The translations under genes were made by a program, and so were the position numbers. A model generated the notes under the pieces. The model was not told the origin of the DNA and made no database searches. It saw nothing but the letters and a program-made list of their open reading frames with translations. Shown in pieces: positions 48,504-59,104 of a stretch of DNA of 60,655 nt (the first letter of the stretch is position 1; every line of letters starts with the position of its first letter). Origin of the DNA: a virus (taxonomy: Duplodnaviria; Caudoviricetes); IMG/VR virus record IMGVR_UViG_3300020442_003253, positions 1 to 60,655 of that record; one strand, given 5' to 3'.

Positions 48504-49967
48504 ATGCAACATTTTTATGACGGACAGATAAGAAGGTATATAACTCAAATAGTCCGTATGTTGAGTAACTTTAGTTACAAAGACTTAGAAGGAAACATAA
48601 AAATAATACCAGTGGTTTACGGAGATTTGGCAAGGCAAGTAGGTTCTATATTAAAAGATAATTCAGAATTAAAGTTAGTCGGTGCTCCAAAAATGAGTGT
48701 TTATATCACAGGTTTAGAATTAGATAGAAGTAGATTATCAGATAGTAGTTTTATCAGCAAAGTTAATATCCGAGAGAGAGCATTTGACGAAAATAACAAT
48801 GAATATTTAAATTTCCAAGGAAAAAATTATACAGTTGAAAGGCTTATGCCTACACCTTATAATTTAACTGTGAATGCAGATATATGGTCAACAAACACTG
48901 ATCAAAAACTACAAATACTTGAACAAATTTTAATGCTTTTTAATCCAAGTTTAGAAATTCAGACTACAGATAATTTTGTTGATTGGACAAGTTTAAGTGT
49001 TGTAAATTTAGAACAAGTAACATTTAGCAGCAGATCAATAGGAACAAGCACAGAAACGGAAATAGATATTGCTACTTTAGGATTTAGTACACCGATTTAT
49101 ATTTCTCCACCTGCAAAAGTAAAAAAGTTAGGTATTATCCATACTGTTATAACAAGTATTTTTAACGAATCTTATGGCAATGTAGATCTTAATCAAACCA
49201 TGCCAGAACTGCTAGCATATGCAGATGGTAGGTACAAGTCTGATTCAATTCATAAAACTGTAGTAAATGAAGATGGAACAACTGAAGAAATTTATGATCA
49301 TTTGCCTGCATCGAAACCTGATACAGATGCTGTTATAGCTACTACTTTTGGTAACTATGATTTATTTGTTCTAAATAATACTGCAAAATTAATTGATAAA
49401 AATCAAATAGGATCTGTATCATGGGAAGAATACTTTAAGGCATATCCAGAAATCTTTACACCGGGCATATCTGAATTACGTCTATATAGGAATGATCTTA
49501 ATACGGATATTGTAGGTAGTGTAACAATAAATCCATTAGACGGTTTTAGTTTGTCTATCAATTGGGATTTAGATACTTTACCAAGTGATACAATAATCAA
49601 TGGTCCGTTAGGAGACAAAACAAAAATTGATTATATAATAGATCCTACAAAAACTAATCCTACCAATTTAAAATTTCCTGGTTTACGAATACTTTTATTA
49701 GATGAAAATATAGGTAATATAGATAATTTAGACGGTGCTGACGCTTGGAAAAACAACAACGGAACTGATTTTGTTGCTGGCGCTAACGACATAATAGAAT
49801 GGGACGGAACTGCTTGGCACGTTGTATTCGATGCAAATGAACATACTGGTGATATAATATACACAACAAATTTAAATACAAATATCCAATATAAATTCTT
49901 AGAAAAAGAATGGGTACTGTCATTTGAAGGTGAATACCCATTTGGCACATGGCGTATAGCATTCTAA
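48504..49967 (+). CDS. gp15: tail completion/sheath stabiliser (T4 gp15-like) with C-terminal extension
   Basis: HFYD.QIRRY, IPVVYG, P.MS..ITG...D..R, P.PYNL, QILEQIL..F.P. Confidence 0.8.
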   Translation: MQHFYDGQIRRYITQIVRMLSNFSYKDLEGNIKIIPVVYGDLARQVGSILKDNSELKLVGAPKMSVYITGLELDRSRLSDSSFISKVNIRERAFDENNNEYLNFQGKNYTVERLMPTPYNLTVNADIWSTNTDQKLQILEQILMLFNPSLEIQTTDNFVDWTSLSVVNLEQVTFSSRSIGTSTETEIDIATLGFSTPIYISPPAKVKKLGIIHTVITSIFNESYGNVDLNQTMPELLAYADGRYKSDSIHKTVVNEDGTTEEIYDHLPASKPDTDAVIATTFGNYDLFVLNNTAKLIDKNQIGSVSWEEYFKAYPEIFTPGISELRLYRNDLNTDIVGSVTINPLDGFSLSINWDLDTLPSDTIINGPLGDKTKIDYIIDPTKTNPTNLKFPGLRILLLDENIGNIDNLDGADAWKNNNGTDFVAGANDIIEWDGTAWHVVFDANEHTGDIIYTTNLNTNIQYKFLEKEWVLSFEGEYPFGTWRIAF

Positions 49968-49980
49968 GCTAACTATACAT

Positions 49981-50415
49981 ATGCGTGAAATAATATGTAG
50001 TGGTGCTTTAATATTTTCTAAATCAACAAATAAATTTCTTTTCTTACACCGTGCAAAAGGTAAAAATAACAATTTATGGGGTCTAGTTGGTGGAACCAAC
50101 GAAGATAACGAAACACCTTGGTCTGGTTTGCAAAGAGAAATAGTTGAAGAAATAGGAAATATTAGAATAGTGAAAAGAATACCTTTAGAAATATTTGTTA
50201 GTAATGATGATCATTTCTTATTTCATACGTACCTGTGCATTGTAAATGATGAATTTATACCTAAATTAAATGACGAACATGACGGTTATGCATGGGTTTC
50301 CTTTTGTAAATGGCCTAAACCATTGCATCCAGGACTTCGTAACACACTTAGGACAAAAATTAATCAGGCAAAATTAGAAACTGTTATAAAATTAATAACT
50401 CATTTAGACAAATAG
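49981..50415 (+). CDS. NUDIX hydrolase
   Basis: WGLVGGTNEDNETPWSGLQREIVEEIG Nudix box. Confidence 0.9.
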   Translation: MREIICSGALIFSKSTNKFLFLHRAKGKNNNLWGLVGGTNEDNETPWSGLQREIVEEIGNIRIVKRIPLEIFVSNDDHFLFHTYLCIVNDEFIPKLNDEHDGYAWVSFCKWPKPLHPGLRNTLRTKINQAKLETVIKLITHLDK

Positions 50416-50419
50416 ATAA

Positions 50420-50734
50420 ATGGAAAATACAGAATTACATTGGGCAAATAATGAAAATTATTCGGCAAAAATTTTAATTTTTGAAAATGCAGGATTTAAA
50501 ACGCAAACTATGTTGCACAGTAAAACTTCGAAAACATGGTTTGTAAATTCCGGCAATTTTATTTTAAAGATTATAGATACAAAAACAGGAACTCAAGAAG
50601 TTCACGAAATTGGTGATGGGAAAACCATACATTTTCATCCTCTAAGTCCGCATAGTTTAGAAGTTATCATACCAGGAACAATTACTGAAGTAGCAACTAG
50701 TGATCCAAACACTGATCTATATATATTAGGTTAG
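50420..50734 (+). CDS. cupin-fold protein
   Basis: H..TSKTWFV.SG...G..IHFHPL.PH.L, EVAT. Confidence 0.6.
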   Translation: MENTELHWANNENYSAKILIFENAGFKTQTMLHSKTSKTWFVNSGNFILKIIDTKTGTQEVHEIGDGKTIHFHPLSPHSLEVIIPGTITEVATSDPNTDLYILG

Positions 50735-53700
50735 GCTTGCGCTTCACCCCAACGTAAGATTATACTAGAATTAATTGCTGTTCCTGTTACCTTTGTAACA
50801 TTTATTGCTAAAATGTCAGGACCATTTGGATATGTTCCTCTACCTCCTAATGGCGTATTTGTAAGTTCTTTTAATTCTCCTAAATCTAATGAACTACTAT
50901 TTCCTGGATTTGTGATAAAAGAAAAGACTGTTTCACCGGGTTCAGCAAATGATGATGCACCTAATTCAAAAATTACATTTTGACTAGCTGTTAAATTACC
51001 TATAGAAGTTTGACTAAATGTAACTTCATAAAAAGAGACCGTGCCTAGTGTAAGGAATTTTATATTTGATACTGCTGTTCCTGCAGGCCAATTTGTGTCA
51101 GTTGCGGAAACCTTTGTACCTATTGTAACATTAGAGCTGTCAAGATCAGCATTAAAAAACAATAACCTGTTTGTAAATCCTGTATAGTTCCTATAAACAA
51201 ATCTGTATGTAGTACCAAGGTTCTGATTACCTTGGGCAAGACTGTTACCTAAACTTGACTGATAGTAAATTTCAGCTCCAAATGGACCATTGTCATTAAC
51301 TGACGTTACAGTAAATATTTCGCTAGGATCTGTGAATCTATCAGGATTTTGTGAATAAATTACAGACCCAACTGCTATTGGATTTGCTTGAACCTGACCA
51401 CTATTTAGGTACAACGGGTTGTAATTTCCTCTATACAAACCGTTGTAGATAAAACCAGTGTCTACGTCCGATGCTAGGGTTGAAATTGTTACCGTTGAAG
51501 CAGTTGTATTCCCCCAATCTATACCTCCTGCAGGTGCAACCTGAGCAAAACTAGGTTGTCCTCCTAAAGCTTGACTACTTAAAGCTGACCAAGCAACATC
51601 ATTAGGATTGGTTGGATAATTGTTTGGATTTAAGATACCTTCAACAATTAAAGCACCCGAACCTGTATCTGATGTTACTTCTATAGATTTCAACAGCATT
51701 TGTGCTCTGTTTAATAATTCCCGTTCGCCTAAATCTCCTATGATTGCATTTGATACACTAGGTGCAAGTCTTATTAAAAAAGCAGTTTTAGGAGTTGTGC
51801 TAATTGATAATCCTGTTGCTGCATAGGAGAAAATATAACCTCTATCTTCGTCAAAACCACCATCAGTAAGGAAAGCACTACCCCAATGGCTTATCAAAGG
51901 TGTGATAGTTTGAGATATTAAAATTACACCTTCTCCTGCTGTATGAGTAGCTGCTGCTCCTGCACTAAATGATCTAAGAGCGCCTGCTTGAAATACCGAA
52001 TAACTTGCTGCCCTAAGAAGTCCTGTTAATTTATTGTTGTCCTTATCATTTCCAGTAAATTCTATAACTTCATTTTCGATATATACATATCCTGCGTCTG
52101 GAAAAAATGAAGAATCGTATAATGTTAGCTCTGTTGCAGAATCTGTCAAATCTACTTTTAATCTGCCTGGAGGACCTTCATTTGTAACTTCATACCTTAC
52201 TGGCAAGTTGCCAGATCTCATAAAAGCTTCTGTGTTAATATTTGAATTACGCATCCTGTGAGCAAAAACAAAATTTCCATCTGACCCACGTAACATGAAA
52301 TCAATAAATCCAGCGCCATACCAACTATATTGAATTCCTATCATCTGCATAGTTGCAACATCTATTTCGTATCCAGATGGGCCAGTTCCGTCTAATCTGT
52401 CCATATTGAATTCTGATTGTTTAACCTTTTTATCAACAATCAAAGCAACCTTTGCTCCTGTTATTGCAGATACACCTCTAAAATCAGGTGCAATGTAGCA
52501 CACTGTTTGAGAATCTACTCCTGTTACTAGATGAGTCATTCCTTTTATGATAATCCTGTCACCATTTTTTATTTGATCTAAAAATCTAGTATTAGTACCT
52601 GTAACTAAATTTGTATCTGGATTACAAGAAATTGTTCCTGCTATTTGTTTTGTTCCAGTACGTTGTACAACTGAAATTTGTGTTCCATCGTTTTCCCAAA
52701 AAATTCCATTTTGATCATCAAATATTCCAGCACGGACTGTGGCTCCATGCCAAGATACAACACTCATTTGAGCACCAAATCCTAGGACAGCGTTTAAGGC
52801 TCCTAAACGTCTTTGAGCTCTTACAGTAAAGGTTTTTTCGTCTATGACACTTGTAACGGTGTAATCAAAATTTGGTGGCACAGCAGTATAAGGTCCACTG
52901 TTATAACCTGGTGTTTCTATACCTAATAATCTAATTACACCTCCTTCTTGAACACCGTGATCATTATTATCTGTTGTAATTGTTATTATACTTCCAACCT
53001 CATTGCCAGTAGAAACCACTGACGCTAAATCATAACTTGGTGCAAATAAAGCACCGGTTGTGTACATAATTCCTTTACCAGATTGATAACGTATATATTT
53101 TTTACTTTGTCTTATAGCTTGTGCCCCGTGTTGCGGTCCTCCAGTTCCTAATTGAACACCACCGTCATAGGGCCTATGTACAAAAAATGAATCAGGTCTT
53201 GGGTAAACAGAAGCTACTATTGGATCTTGTGCTTCATCTTGTGTAATAGTTTCATCTAATTCGTAAAGGCTAGATGTATTTCCCCATTCATTAGTAAATG
53301 AATTTTGTAAAGTTCCCCTTTCATAAAAATATGCAGTGCCAGTATACACCCATTTTGGCGGTACGAATGATAAAATTTCCGCATATTCTGTTGCATCTTC
53401 TATATCATTTACGTCAACTAGAGTTGTTGAGTTTTTCCTAATTTTAACGTAATTTGCATTTGCACCTTGCACTAATTTAACTCCTGATTCCCACCAAGTT
53501 GGATCTTGACTATCAAATAATGTAGTTGTAGTTTGGACTGCTTGAATATCTTCATCTATGAATCCAACTGCTCTTGCTGTAAAAGTTAGTTGGTCAAGTG
53601 CAGGTATATTAGTTGCAAAGAAAGATCCTGCAGCTAAATTGTGATTATTTAACCCATCATCAGATGTCACTCCTACAATAAAAGTATTGCCTGGCACCAA

Positions 53701-56700
53701 TCCATGCGGATTATCAAATGTAATCAGTAAAGTAGCAATTGCAGTAAAATCTACAGTTTCGGCAGATAGCAATGGTTGTGTAGTAGGTTCCGAAATTGTA
53801 ATTGTTGATATAAAATCTACCGTATCGCCAGTTGCCGTAGAACTATATTCTAAAGAAATTGTACCACTTGAATCATCTTGTATTGCTCCATTTAATTCCT
53901 CATTTATAATTATTGTTAAACTATTAGTTTGATCGCCACCTAATAAATTACCCGCAATTAGTATCCTATCACCTACAGCATAATTTTGTCCACCTGATGA
54001 TACAGTAGCAGTGTAAGTTCCACTAGATCTAGTTACTTCGAATGTAGCACCGTTACCGTTTGGTGTAATATTTGTACCACCTACATTGTTTACAGGAGAA
54101 ACACCTGTGCTTGCAATACCTGTATTAACTGCGACACTCACTAGCCTATTCATATCATCTACTGCAGTAACATCTAGTATTAGATCGTTAGTAGGTGTAG
54201 CTCCTAACAGTAAATTTCCTGGAATTGTGATAGTTTGTCCTACATAAAACAAAATACCTGGCGACACTACAGTAACACTTGAGTATGCACCCGCTGACAG
54301 TGTAATATCAGCTTGTGCTCCTATACTTGTAACAACGTTGCTATTCGCTCCTGACACAAATCCATAATTGTAAGCAGTTCCGGATAATGTGGTACTTGTA
54401 ATTGCACCAGCGTCTACTTGTGTAATAGTAATGGTTAAATTATTTGTTGGATCATTACCACCTAATTCAGATCCTAATATCTGTATTTGGTCGTTCTGAG
54501 CAAACCCTGTGGCATCTAGCTGATCTAAGAAATATTGTGTACCGACCTGACTAATAACAATTGATGTAATTGCACCTGATCCTGTTATTGAGTATTGAGG
54601 ATTATTATAAACTGCTGTTTGATCTGGTCCAGTGCCACTTTCAACTGTAAATGTTTCTATATTACCTATGCCTGTTACACTAGCTACACGGATCACAAGG
54701 GTATTAGACGCACTTGTTCCTGTAATTCCTAACGCAGTGTAAGGAATAATTATTCTATCGTCAATATCAAAATCTTGGCTCAGATCCGGCGACACTAACG
54801 AAACAGTGTAAACATTATTCAGCCACTCAATATCCCACACTGCATTTGTTCCAGTTGCTCCTGTGCCTGGCAAATCAAAATTTGTTAAGGTTGCTTCTCC
54901 TGCAAATGCAGTTCCTGATGCTGTAATATTTGTTATTCCTCCGACGCCGTCTACTGAATCTACAAAAATATTAATATCATTAATAATATCTTGACTACCA
55001 ATTAAAAATCCAGCTATTTTAATCCTATTTCCCGGAAAGTAATCTTCACCTGCGGTATTAATTGTGACAGTGTAAGTAGTTCCCGTAGCTGTTATGTCGA
55101 AGGTAGCATTTGTTCCAACAGGTGCTAGAAGAGCTCCAGTTAAGTTGCTGTAAACGCTGGTTTCTCCTATAAAAGTTCTTTCTACTTCACTTGTAAAAGT
55201 AACAGTATTTCCCACCACACTTTCAACAAATACTGCAGTTCCATTACCATTGTCGATTGCTAAATTATCAACAATACCGGTAACATCTACAAAATCTATT
55301 TGATTTGTAAATGTATTGTAATCATTGAATACTTGCGCTGTTAAGTAAAGCCCACCTCCGGTGCTCGTAGTCTGCACAGCAGTTACTTGGGCGCCTGTTG
55401 TTATCTTTGCATTAGATGCAGGCGACCCAACATCAGGAGCTGGGCCATCGAATGGAATAATATAGCTACCTGAGTCAGTGTCTAATTCTACTGTAATTGT
55501 TGTGTTTGCGCCTTGTGATAAGACTGTGAATTCGGCTCCGCCGATATCGGCTCCAGTATAAAATCTTCCCTTTCTAAGTTGAGAATAGGTATTCGTTAAA
55601 TCTTCGCCTGCTGTAGAACCTACTTTTGCTTTTGCATAATATTCTAAAGTGGTGTTTGATGGTACATTTATAACTACAAATGATCCTTCTGCTCGTGCAA
55701 CTCCAGTAACACCGTCATTTAATGCCTTAATAGTAATCGGATCGCCTACATCTATACCATGCGCACCTACCGTAGTAACTGTAATTAAACTTTGTCCTAC
55801 ACCATTTGTTCCTGAGCTTGCATCTGTTGTAATAGAACTTACTAAGATATCTGATCCAGGAATTTCATATATAGAAGGATATCCTCGTAAGGTAGATATT
55901 GCAGCCCATTTTGTAGGTTGGAGACCATATTCAAAATCTGCATCAAGCATAGACAAAGGTTCTGCAATCCTGTTCCTTTCAATTGCATCTGTACCAAAGT
56001 TGTATGGACGGGTTACAACAACACTTTTAGCATTTTCTACAGTTTCTACAAAAATTTGTATATCGTCAGTTGCTGACATAGTATTTGTAGAGTTACGGAA
56101 TTTTAATGTTGTAATTCCGTCTGTAGTTTGTAGATAGGTCGGAAAATCTGTATTATAATCTCTAAAACTATCTGTAATCTCAATTTCACCGCCTTGATCA
56201 AAATTATTAAAAGAATACATAATTGTATTCGTTGTTGCGTTGTTGATTAGTAATATCTCTGATAAGTTGTACTTACCTTGAATTTGAATGTAACCTAAGG
56301 CATTGCTACTTAGTTCTGGTATAAAATCTAATCCTCCGCGAATGACTTGAGTAGTAATATTAACAAGGTTGTTTATAACATTAAATGCAGAACTTTCAGC
56401 TTGCTTACTTTCGTCAATTGTTTGTGATATTCCACCTAAATTTGTCCACGCTACATTTTGGAAAATATTTTCAACAATCAAATCACCGATAAAAAAATGT
56501 GTCATAATTTCTGGTATTCTATTACCGTCTATTTGGGCAACATCTTGGTCCCAATAGTATTTTACAACTTTTCTAGTCTGCTCATTACCACCATATTTTA
56601 AATCAGTGCTATATGCATCTAACACATATCTAACATCTCTTTGACATTTTTCTTCATTGTATGTATAATTTTCATCAAATGTGTTATTCTCAATAATTTC

Positions 56701-57729
56701 ATTTTTCCTAGACAAAATTGCTGTCGTTGCATCAATTGTTTCTTGGTTTGCCCATAAGCTTATACTAGGCGCTGTCCTGATAATAGCATCTAACACTACT
56801 GTTGCTTCTGCTAAATCATTTGCACCAAGAACATCTATTGTAATTTGTACTAGAGTTTCAACGTAAGATGTTTCTGATATTGTACCATTATTACCACTTG
56901 TTATTTGAACTTCGTTATTACCTGTACTCGGTGTAATAGCTGTGCCTGTAATAATGTCTGGTAAAATTGCTTTTAGATGTGTATATGCAGCTACTGTTTG
57001 TTCTTTGTGCGAAGGATCAATTCCAGGATCATTATTATCTAAATGATAAAAGAAGAACTTGCTTTGATCATAAGTTGCAGCATTGCCACCATATAAAACA
57101 TCATAACAACAAGCCTCAATTATATAAATTATATCTCGAGTGCATTTTGACACATCGTGATCTGTAGGAGCATAATTAGCTTCTACATAGGCATTTATCT
57201 CTGCGGTTATAAAATCTATATTCGCAAGTAATTTATCTTTAGTTGCAATAGCATTTGAACCTGCGGTAATAGGATTAGTAAAGTCCAAAGCACTTGCTGC
57301 TGTTTTACCATTTTCTATTATGTTTATCAGCTCAACTTTGTAACTTTCTATTTTGTCTATTATCGTTTGCGATAGTGGACCTGCAAATTCTCCAGTACCT
57401 ATTTGTACTGTTTTAGTTTCTTCGATTGTATTTGTTATAATCCTAGAAACTGTATTTGATAAATCTAAACTATTTGTTTCTGTAAAACCTAAAAATCTTG
57501 CATTATAGTTAGTGTCAAGACCAACATCATATACTAAACCATCAAATATGTAATCTAAATCTCTTTTACATTTAACTGTATTTTGAACTTCGTCGTTGAT
57601 ATATGCAATGATTTCTGATACTATAAAATCTTTATTTGATTCTAATAAACTGCTAGCATTTGGTTGAAGGTCTTCTGATAAACCAAAACCTGGTTTAAAT
57701 ACATAATTTTTAACTAAAGTTTTTGCCAT
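50731..57729 (-). CDS. giant virion structural protein (2332 aa)
   Basis: Three N-terminal KC.RD..Y helical repeats, then G/T-rich beta repeats (G.NYAVGD.I.I.G.LLGG) and a lectin-like region (YIRYQSGKG, GIFDDQNG, YSWYGAG). Confidence 0.8.
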   Translation of the reverse strand: MAKTLVKNYVFKPGFGLSEDLQPNASSLLESNKDFIVSEIIAYINDEVQNTVKCKRDLDYIFDGLVYDVGLDTNYNARFLGFTETNSLDLSNTVSRIITNTIEETKTVQIGTGEFAGPLSQTIIDKIESYKVELINIIENGKTAASALDFTNPITAGSNAIATKDKLLANIDFITAEINAYVEANYAPTDHDVSKCTRDIIYIIEACCYDVLYGGNAATYDQSKFFFYHLDNNDPGIDPSHKEQTVAAYTHLKAILPDIITGTAITPSTGNNEVQITSGNNGTISETSYVETLVQITIDVLGANDLAEATVVLDAIIRTAPSISLWANQETIDATTAILSRKNEIIENNTFDENYTYNEEKCQRDVRYVLDAYSTDLKYGGNEQTRKVVKYYWDQDVAQIDGNRIPEIMTHFFIGDLIVENIFQNVAWTNLGGISQTIDESKQAESSAFNVINNLVNITTQVIRGGLDFIPELSSNALGYIQIQGKYNLSEILLINNATTNTIMYSFNNFDQGGEIEITDSFRDYNTDFPTYLQTTDGITTLKFRNSTNTMSATDDIQIFVETVENAKSVVVTRPYNFGTDAIERNRIAEPLSMLDADFEYGLQPTKWAAISTLRGYPSIYEIPGSDILVSSITTDASSGTNGVGQSLITVTTVGAHGIDVGDPITIKALNDGVTGVARAEGSFVVINVPSNTTLEYYAKAKVGSTAGEDLTNTYSQLRKGRFYTGADIGGAEFTVLSQGANTTITVELDTDSGSYIIPFDGPAPDVGSPASNAKITTGAQVTAVQTTSTGGGLYLTAQVFNDYNTFTNQIDFVDVTGIVDNLAIDNGNGTAVFVESVVGNTVTFTSEVERTFIGETSVYSNLTGALLAPVGTNATFDITATGTTYTVTINTAGEDYFPGNRIKIAGFLIGSQDIINDINIFVDSVDGVGGITNITASGTAFAGEATLTNFDLPGTGATGTNAVWDIEWLNNVYTVSLVSPDLSQDFDIDDRIIIPYTALGITGTSASNTLVIRVASVTGIGNIETFTVESGTGPDQTAVYNNPQYSITGSGAITSIVISQVGTQYFLDQLDATGFAQNDQIQILGSELGGNDPTNNLTITITQVDAGAITSTTLSGTAYNYGFVSGANSNVVTSIGAQADITLSAGAYSSVTVVSPGILFYVGQTITIPGNLLLGATPTNDLILDVTAVDDMNRLVSVAVNTGIASTGVSPVNNVGGTNITPNGNGATFEVTRSSGTYTATVSSGGQNYAVGDRILIAGNLLGGDQTNSLTIIINEELNGAIQDDSSGTISLEYSSTATGDTVDFISTITISEPTTQPLLSAETVDFTAIATLLITFDNPHGLVPGNTFIVGVTSDDGLNNHNLAAGSFFATNIPALDQLTFTARAVGFIDEDIQAVQTTTTLFDSQDPTWWESGVKLVQGANANYVKIRKNSTTLVDVNDIEDATEYAEILSFVPPKWVYTGTAYFYERGTLQNSFTNEWGNTSSLYELDETITQDEAQDPIVASVYPRPDSFFVHRPYDGGVQLGTGGPQHGAQAIRQSKKYIRYQSGKGIMYTTGALFAPSYDLASVVSTGNEVGSIITITTDNNDHGVQEGGVIRLLGIETPGYNSGPYTAVPPNFDYTVTSVIDEKTFTVRAQRRLGALNAVLGFGAQMSVVSWHGATVRAGIFDDQNGIFWENDGTQISVVQRTGTKQIAGTISCNPDTNLVTGTNTRFLDQIKNGDRIIIKGMTHLVTGVDSQTVCYIAPDFRGVSAITGAKVALIVDKKVKQSEFNMDRLDGTGPSGYEIDVATMQMIGIQYSWYGAGFIDFMLRGSDGNFVFAHRMRNSNINTEAFMRSGNLPVRYEVTNEGPPGRLKVDLTDSATELTLYDSSFFPDAGYVYIENEVIEFTGNDKDNNKLTGLLRAASYSVFQAGALRSFSAGAAATHTAGEGVILISQTITPLISHWGSAFLTDGGFDEDRGYIFSYAATGLSISTTPKTAFLIRLAPSVSNAIIGDLGERELLNRAQMLLKSIEVTSDTGSGALIVEGILNPNNYPTNPNDVAWSALSSQALGGQPSFAQVAPAGGIDWGNTTASTVTISTLASDVDTGFIYNGLYRGNYNPLYLNSGQVQANPIAVGSVIYSQNPDRFTDPSEIFTVTSVNDNGPFGAEIYYQSSLGNSLAQGNQNLGTTYRFVYRNYTGFTNRLLFFNADLDSSNVTIGTKVSATDTNWPAGTAVSNIKFLTLGTVSFYEVTFSQTSIGNLTASQNVIFELGASSFAEPGETVFSFITNPGNSSSLDLGELKELTNTPLGGRGTYPNGPDILAINVTKVTGTAINSSIILRWGEAQA

Positions 57730-57731
57730 TT

Positions 57732-58640
57732 TTATATTCCGAATATGATAGAAAATCCAATAGCTGCTGAATCTACATAAGTTCTATTTGCAATCGCTGC
57801 AGGAGATGTAGTTATTTCAGTAACTGTGCCGTTAGTGAAATTACCTGTAGACGGAGTAGTTTGTCCTATTGGACTATTGTCTATCTGAGCATTTGTTAGG
57901 ACTAAATTAGAACCAAACGTATTATAGAACGGAATTGTTGAACCAATGTCAGTAATTTGCCCTATAGTAACGTCATCAATTTTAATTGTAATATTTGTAG
58001 TAGGATTTATTTCTATGGAAGATATACTTGTTATTGCCGGTGAAGATGTGCTTAAAAATTGCAGATTGTTTCCTATGCTTACATTTTTGTTAACTGCTAC
58101 TCCGCCATCAACAAACAGAGCACCCGTGCTTAGATCTGTTGATTCTGTGATATTTTTAATTGTTACAGTATCAAAAATTCCAATAGCTTCAGTAACAACT
58201 ATAGTGCCAAATTGTGTTCTAGCTTCATTGCTATAAAAAAGTTGTGTAATATCGCTAGATGTAGGAATGTTAATTGTATAATATCCATTGCTTTTACCTT
58301 GAGCGTCTCTGCCTCTAAGTCCTGTATCATGCACCATATTACCAGAAAATAATGTTTCTCCATCATCTTCTAAAATATATAGTCCTGTATTTGTTAATGT
58401 AAGACCAAAATATACAGTTTCAGTTTTTGAAATTGTTATGGTAGGAAAACTACCAGTTTGTCCTACAATAGAAATAATACCGTCAACTGTTTCTAAAAAT
58501 TCAAAATCAAACTCAATTCCTACACTTTCCTCACTCAGTGTTAAGGAAGTTGCAGTAATATTTCCTAAAGAATCTACATTAAAAAAAGGACTAGTATATC
58601 CAAAATCTGATTGTACAGGTTGTTTGAATGATTTCCGCAT
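57732..58640 (-). CDS. virion structural/fibre-like protein
   Basis: TGALFVDGGVAV, IDNSPIGQTTPSTGNFT, ANRTYVD fibre motifs; TAAATA and GGAG upstream. Confidence 0.7.
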   Translation of the reverse strand: MRKSFKQPVQSDFGYTSPFFNVDSLGNITATSLTLSEESVGIEFDFEFLETVDGIISIVGQTGSFPTITISKTETVYFGLTLTNTGLYILEDDGETLFSGNMVHDTGLRGRDAQGKSNGYYTINIPTSSDITQLFYSNEARTQFGTIVVTEAIGIFDTVTIKNITESTDLSTGALFVDGGVAVNKNVSIGNNLQFLSTSSPAITSISSIEINPTTNITIKIDDVTIGQITDIGSTIPFYNTFGSNLVLTNAQIDNSPIGQTTPSTGNFTNGTVTEITTSPAAIANRTYVDSAAIGFSIIFGI

Positions 58641-58670
58641 TAATTCTCCATTATAAAATATTTAGCTGAT

Positions 58671-59075
58671 TTAAAAACTTATAGGAGAAAGAGTCTTAAA
58701 GTAGTTTGCGGAATAGATAAATTTTGCTGTTTCTATTTTTTTATTAACAGGTGTAATTGTCACGTCTACATATGATCTATTCACTGTTGCTTCTAATTTT
58801 ACAAGTTCTCTATTTAATTGAGATCTACCAAAAACTTGTAAATTTGCAATTTCAGTGCTGGCAACAACCATGCATTTTATAATTTCTTTATTCTCTGTTG
58901 ATTCGTCAATTAGGATTGTATATTCTGCTGCACATACTTCTCCTATATACCAACGGTCAAAAGAATTAGAACGGCCAATTAATTTCCATGGACCAGAATG
59001 CGTAAATCCGCCATTATTATAAAATGTTAGGGAATTATTAGTACCTAACCCAAAAAATTTTCTAAAAAAATCCAT
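58671..59075 (-). CDS. hypothetical beta-rich protein (probably structural)
   Basis: 134-aa ORF with CATAAATA upstream. Confidence 0.7.
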   Translation of the reverse strand: MDFFRKFFGLGTNNSLTFYNNGGFTHSGPWKLIGRSNSFDRWYIGEVCAAEYTILIDESTENKEIIKCMVVASTEIANLQVFGRSQLNRELVKLEATVNRSYVDVTITPVNKKIETAKFIYSANYFKTLSPISF

Positions 59076-59104
59076 ATAATCATTATTCCAATTTATGATT
59101 ATAT

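Noticed and set aside
321-58656. Many short antisense or alternate-frame ORFs in the track (e.g. 4676-4957, 7261-7620, 9727-10116, 25026-25472, 55649-56137)
   Set aside because: They shadow well-supported genes, mostly use non-ATG starts and carry no motifs.
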